Below are positions 58,440 to 64,000 of a stretch of 64,000 bases of DNA, in pieces (positions within the stretch are counted from its first letter, which is position 1; each line of letters opens with the position of its first letter). The stretch lies in contig CP000068.1 in the NCBI GenBank assembly GCA_000002445.1, positions 1,536,001 through 1,600,000 of the forward strand, in the 5' to 3' direction. A program made the position numbers and the translations under genes. Below the pieces are notes generated by a model, which saw nothing but the letters and a program-made list of their open reading frames with translations, was not told where the DNA came from and searched no databases. Origin of the DNA: Trypanosoma brucei (taxonomy: Eukaryota).

Positions 58440-59940
58440 GGACGAAAAAACTGAAATCTTTTCACTTTTCTTCTATCAATCTGCAATTAGCTTTTGCCTC
58501 TGGTGCCAATCCCTCATTTTCTTTTTCACAGTTTGCTTTGTCTTTGTGTCTTGTGCACCTATCTGAGGCAGTTGATGTCTCTTCAATTTGAGCTTGTGCT
58601 ACAGGGACACCGCTTTTTGAGACTTTTGTTTCATTATATACACATCTTTTACCCTCATCTTTTGTTTGATCATAAGTACAGAAATCCTTTTAATCACAAT
58701 CATGTTGGCTAGCGTGGTGTTTGTTGCATTCTTTTTGTTTTTCTCCTGTTGCCTTCACATCCTCGCCCGATTTTATAGTTGCAAATTCATTTGCGAGTTT
58801 GTCTTTAGTGTGCGTGACTGCTAAGGTGACTCGCAGAAGCAGATTTGTTAATGTTGGTACTCCAGTGATGTCGCCGAGTTTTGTGTCTTCTGTCACTCCT
58901 AGGTTGCCCTTCTTTAGTGGGTACTTTTCGACGTTTTCGATGAATTTCTCTATTGTTTTTCTTCTCTATTTGGCAAATAGCCTTAGCGTGTTTGTTTGTG
59001 GTGTTTGTTGTCCGCTGTTTTTCGGTTCTGATTTAATTGCCGTTACGACTTGCTCGAGGTTTGCTGCTGCTGTGTTGTCGTCTGTTTTGATGTCGTGTTG
59101 AGAAGTATCAAGCTTGTCGAGGGCGTCCATGGTCATGAAGGCATCCTTCCATATCTTGTGCTTCTGGTCGGTCGCTGTTTTGAGGGTGGCTATGTGCGTC
59201 CCGGTCTGCTGGGCATCAGCCTTTGCTGCCTCGAAGAGGCCGCCCCCGTAGGTTACGGAGGTTGCTGTTTGTGGCTCGCCTCCGCCGAAACCGTCGGCGT
59301 TGACATTGGGTAAGTTGCAGTTTTTGCTATTAGTTTGTTTTGTTGACCCCTTCGCTGTGGGTATTGGTTCTGTTCCTAGTCCAGTTGCGGTGAGTATTCC
59401 AGGTTTAAAATAGCCTTCTTGCGTCTTCTTGCGTTCTAAGCCGCATACAACACTTGCTATTGCCTCACCAGTCTTGATCGCTGGGCTCCCGGCGTCGCCG
59501 TTGCCTGTTTGCAGACATCCGTGAGAGGCGCCTTTGGTCTGCAACATCAGTTCGAGCAGCTCGTCGACTCGACCTTTGGCGTAGTAGTTGGCAGCTGCGG
59601 CTTCGATGGCCTGGCCGGCTGCTGCTGTCTCTGATTTTTCTTGCAATCACAGTGCGAGAGCTGCTGCTTTTGTCCTTTCCGCTTCGCTTGTCGTTAGTAA
59701 CGCGAAAAGTTGCAGCCGTAGCGCGGCCTCGGAATTTTTTTTCCTGAGGCTGTTTATGTCTGCCAGTCTGGCGCGGCTGTTGCCTTCGATTTTGTTGATG
59801 TCCTCACTTAGCCAGCAGTAACCGCTCCAAGCAGATTAGTCCAGCGCGTTGGTTGCTGCCGCTGCCGCTTTTTCCCCTGTTGTTGCTACAGCCGCTACTG
59901 CTAGGGGCAGTGTTGCCAATGGCCGTAAATTTTCTGACAT
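58440..59940 (-). pseudogene. VSG: VSG pseudogene (cassette R) with several stops
   Basis: The start near 59940 reads MSENLRPLATLPLAVAAVATTGEKAAAAATNALD, then a stop, then SAWSGYCWLSEDINKIEG. The middle ORF at 58966-59646 contains GASHGCLQTGNGD and ASVVCGLERK. The C-terminal part contains KECNKHHASQHDCD. Confidence 0.75.
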
Positions 59941-61533
59941 TTTTCATACGCAGGGAACGTTACCGGCTGGTGTCGATTTTCCTTTCTGAAATTGTAAGTT
60001 TTTTTATTCGGCAGAATGAATTCCTGGAAATCTCCGCCGGTTATATATTCTACAAATTGAGATTTATGCAAAAGTAGTTGCGTTCCCCATTAGACCCAGT
60101 CCTATGTAAAACCATTTTTTTAGAGCTTGTCTCGGCTACATCTTTGCGCACAATCGTTGTTTAACTTCGAAAATCAACGAAATACAACCCATTGACTTGT
60201 CTGTCTCCACGTCAAAGTTTCGTATCTGGATTTTCAGCTTCATTCCCTCTGAAAAGTGAACCAAACTTGATTTTGTCGGCTCTTGTACGGTAAGTTTGCC
60301 GTTCTGCTGAAGTTATGAGTTCTTTACAAGTATATATCTGTTAATTACTCATAATAATACTTGTGTAGGGCTGCTGAACTATTTTTTGAAGAACGATGTT
60401 TCACCTGCTATTTTCAGTGCTGCTTGCCATCTTGTCGTCAGTTTGTAGGTTCTTATGGCTGGGTCTAGTTGTCACATTAGTCTTGCAGCTTGATGGTTGT
60501 GCTGCGTGTCGCCTTTTGCACCATGTTTTCTACTTGATTTATTTCTGGTTTAGTAGATTAAATTATTTTAAAACATCGGGTAGTCTACAAATGAAATCTA
60601 TATTATTCAGTAAGCTCCATTTATTTTGCCTATGTGCCGTTAAATTAAACTCAAAAATGCTGAAATCTCTTAACCTACGAAATATGTATTGTATATGGCT
60701 TCTTTTCACTGCTTTCTGACTGCTACGGAGTATTCACAAGGGTTATTTTCCGTTATTTCATTTCCACACTAATAAATATATCATTTAGTGTATGTTTACA
60801 CACTTTTACACGTTTAATTCTAAAAATAAACTAAAATCTTGCTGATGTCTAATAAATAATTGTAACTTCAAGAGTGCATATACCACTAACACTTACTTTC
60901 TCCGCACTATTATGTGATAAAATAACACACTATTATTACTATTTTTTGATTTTTTTCTTGCTTTTGACCTTTCTAACTTCCGTGCTCTTTTTGTTTGTTT
61001 TAGAACGATTTATTGCAATAATAACCCTTTTGATTTGGTTTTGACTTTTCGTATGAGTTGACTACACATCAAGAAAACTCATATATGAATTGCAAGGTTT
61101 TAGAATACAGATAACTTATCACCAATATACAAGTATAAAATTTATGTGGTGTCGCTACGAAGTCTGTCTGCTTCATAGAGATTTTTTGATTGTTGATATA
61201 TGAGCTTTATTATTTTTGCCTCACCGGTGCTCCCTTCCATTGTTCTCAGAAGTATCGCCTATTTGCTTGAGAAAACAAATGTAGTAGCTTTATTTCTTTG
61301 TACAGTGCTGTGCATCTCATCCTCATAGCCGGCACCGTATTCTACCATGCTTCTTCCTATTTTATTTCTGCAATTGACAGTGCTTGTATCCTTCGACCCT
61401 CCAGTATTTTCTTTAATACTAATATTTCTCTTCACTTACTCTCAATTCTTTCTCACCTACTTATTGTAGTTAAACCCAGCCACTGTTTTAAATTCTTTCA
61501 TATTGGTCATCTGTTTAGTATTTACTACTACCA

Positions 61534-61670
61534 CTATTATTATATTACTGTGTATCCACTCACAACACTCTACTATTATTATCATAACTATTATCATTAT
61601 CATTATTACTGCTCTTATCATAATATTCGTATATACACACTCACAACATTCTCCTATTATTATCAACATC
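61534..61670 (-). repeat. 70-bp repeat block, about 2 copies
   Basis: The plus strand reads tgtgtatccactcacaacactctac and ataatattcgtatatacacactcacaacattctcc. Confidence 0.85.
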
Positions 61671-61974
61671 ATAACACAACATATAATCATAAAATAAATA
61701 AAATAATAATAATTAGAATAGCACTCATTTTCCATACCCTACCACCCTATTTCTTTATACCCAGAGGACACAGTCATACATATTTTATAAAGATTTTCAT
61801 ATTTTTCATATTTTTCATATTCTTTACTTTTTTTTTCAATTTTCATCAGAAAGAGGTAAAGCTTCTAAAATTTTATAAAAAATATAAATTTACCAATTTT
61901 TAAAAATTTAGTAAATTTGATAAAATGGGGAAATAATCTTTGGAGAGAACCAAAATGATAGCAAATTCATAATG

Positions 61975-63478
61975 TGGTGACAATCAGAGACATTTCATAT
62001 TTACATGTAAACTGGAATCCTTGCCATCTTTTCTATCCCATTTGCAACCATCTTTGCATTCCTCTTCTTTTTGTTATCGGAGCACTTTTTGCCTTCTGCA
62101 TTTGTTCCTGCAGCTCCTGTTCCTGCTTGGGTTGTCTGCTCTTCTCCATCTTTGGGTTTGCAGTGGGCAACTTTATCCTCTGTAGTGATATCCCATTTGC
62201 AGTTATTGTCCACTGTGCAGGTGGTGTTTGTTTTGTGTTGGGTACAATCTTTGCCGTCTTTTGTTTGTGGTTGCGCAGCCGTATTGATTTGCTTGTCGTG
62301 ATCCTGTTTTTGGGCGAGGGCTGCATACACTACAGCCTGTGCCGCTGATCCCTTTCTTTTTATTTATTCGTTGACTCTTTCGAGTTCTTTGACTGCATCC
62401 TCGTGGCATCGCAGATTGTCTTCTAGCGTACTAAGCGTTTTGAGCCAGCCGACGGCTTCGAGTGGGGACATCGCTGCAGCCGCCAGGGCAGTATACTTGA
62501 CGCATATTCCGGCATTGTTGCTGCCTGTACATTGCCCGGTTGTGTGGGCACCTATGTATCCCGCGGCGCTGTCGTATTTGAATTTTGCGGCGATGGCTTG
62601 TATTCTGTGCTTGAGGTCGGTACTTGTGACTGAGTGTTGCCTTTTGCGGTTGTACATGTTGGCTATTTCTTTTTGTAGTGCTGCGGCGGGGTTGCTGTTG
62701 GCGCCGCTCCAGTCCTCGTTTGGTGCCGTCCCTGTGCAGGCCGCCGCTGTGTTGGCTGCGTTGGTTGAGTCTTTGGCGCAGAGGCAGACTAAGACGGCTA
62801 GTATAGTTTTGGCTTTGCCGCCTGATTCGTCGCCTACACAAGCGGCCTGTCTGCTCCCCCCATAGATGAAGTAAAAAGGTTTGTTACCATTGATCCGTCG
62901 GCCGGCTCTTCATTTGCGCCATATATAGCCTGGTTAAATTGCTTTTGCATGTCCGCCTCGTTCATTATTTTTTGCTGCAACCCTTCGTCTTTTGCTTTAG
63001 AGATTAGGTGCTGCGCCTCCTCCGCTATTGGCTCTAGGGCTAGGCGCAAGGTGGCCCTCTGTTTCTCGCTTAACATGTTAATTTTGTGTTTTTTCTCCAG
63101 GGTTGTTCTTGCATCTTGCTTGAGCAGTTTGCCTGCTTGTTTCTTCCACGCTTTCCACTTTCCTTCCCAGTCTGTGCCCTTCGGCAACTTCGCCGCGTGA
63201 TAATCACGGGTGTCGTCTTTTCCTTGTTCTTTCCGGAACAATTCTATCCAGGCCTGTTCGGAGGCTGTCATGTTTAACTCTATTATTGAGTCCGCTGTCG
63301 GTGAGAGCGGCGGTTTCGTGGTGGTGAGCTTGGCCCTTGTTCCCCCTAGCTCAACTATCGTGCACAACGCCTCCCGCACTTGTACGTTGGCATCGTCTTG
63401 GAGCGCTGCCTTTGCTACGCTGCAGTATGCTGCTGCTGCTGCTGAAAGAAGTAAAATAAAGTTTAGTTTGTCTTTCAT
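61975..63478 (-). pseudogene. VSG: VSG pseudogene (cassette S) with 2-3 frameshifts
   Basis: The N-terminal ORF at 62834-63478 reads MKDKLNFILLLSAAAAAYCSVAKA with REALCTIVELGG and WEGKWKAWKKQ. The middle ORF at 62364-62657 contains AGICVKYTALA and IGAHTTGQCTG. The C-terminal ORF at 62001-62330 contains CKWDITTEDKVAHCKPKD. Confidence 0.8.
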
Positions 63479-64000
63479 GTGCGCTTTCTACGTTTTTTTC
63501 AGTCAAAAGACAGGAGCTGAATAAATGCTTTTGAGTTGACTGATGAGATGTCCAAGGCGTCAGTTAGAGAATACCAAGAGGATTTTAAGTGATAATTGAG
63601 ATGCATACACAAAACGTCTTCTTCCAAATGCTGGTTTGACTTTGATGGCTTTACTGCGAGTGCTGAACTCATTAACTTTGTCACTGCTTAAGCATCTCTT
63701 TTTTGCTCCTGTGTTTAGGCACTATCGTGATATGCCACATAGTAATTACTCATATCTTCTTGCTTCGCTGAAGGACTAAAATTTACATTGAAAATTTCTA
63801 CACGGTAATGTTGGGGTTTGTGGTTCGTTTTGTGTGGTGCCACTCCCGTTTGCTATCTCCAGCCTGCGGTGATGGTGTACGGTCCGAGGATCTTCACAGC
63901 ATTACAATTTGTTAGCATTAAACAAAAACCCTTTTCAAACGCATTATCATATAAATACTTATATTCAGCATGTAAGTTTTCTTCACTTATCACATAAGTT

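Overview
This window is a kinetoplastid locus, not a prokaryotic one. It is a subtelomeric silent variant surface glycoprotein (VSG) gene array of the Trypanosoma brucei group (subgenus Trypanozoon). All recognisable genes lie on the minus strand, in about 19 tandem cassettes of roughly 3 to 3.5 kb.

Each cassette, read in gene sense on the minus strand, has the same layout:
- An upstream block of imperfect 70-bp repeats (GTGTTGTGAGTGTGTATATACGAATATTATAA core plus TAA/TRR triplet tracts).
- A spacer of about 1 to 2 kb.
- A VSG coding region: signal peptide, N-terminal domain, Cys-rich C-terminal domain with CKW and CTLSEE motifs, and GPI-signal tails such as NSFVIHKAPLLLA and SVAFVALLF.
- A 3'UTR carrying the conserved VSG 16-mer TGATATATTTTAACAC, seen on the plus strand as gtgttaaaatatatca.
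- A recurrent element of about 80 nt just before the next 70-bp block.

Most VSGs are pseudogenes, as expected for arrays; several have fragmented ORFs. Several others are nearly full length, with open N-domain ORFs of 466 to 518 aa whose frame breaks only in the last ~100 codons (C-terminal domain or GPI-signal region). Two (26852-28297 and 54656-56086) are uninterrupted ORFs with hydrophobic C-terminal tails and are the best candidates for intact atypical VSGs.

Non-VSG content:
- A family-31 glycosyltransferase (GT31) pseudogene at 10361-11458, with RRxxxRETW, DDN and GYxxxLSRD motifs and a type II signal anchor.
- A near-identical 541-bp fragment of that pseudogene exactly 9990 bp away at 20788-21328.
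- A RIME non-LTR retroposon at about 28670-29171 on the plus strand. It begins with the ingi/RIME/L1Tc 5' hallmark, ends in an A-rich tail, and is flanked by a 12-14 bp target-site duplication (atccattcttgtcc).
- An unassigned ORF cluster at 33020-34199.

The neighbouring VSGs at 44397-45953 and 47524-49142 share an identical stretch of about 460 bp covering their 3' coding end, 3'UTR and adjacent 70-bp repeat. There are no telomere repeats and no rRNA or tRNA. I see no evidence for a genuinely undescribed biological system. The structures least well explained are the 33020-34199 ORF cluster, the VSG-less leftmost 2.6 kb, and the conserved element of about 80 nt.

All coordinates for fragmented pseudogenes are approximate, to within tens of bp. 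Family assignments rest on motif recognition, not on searches.
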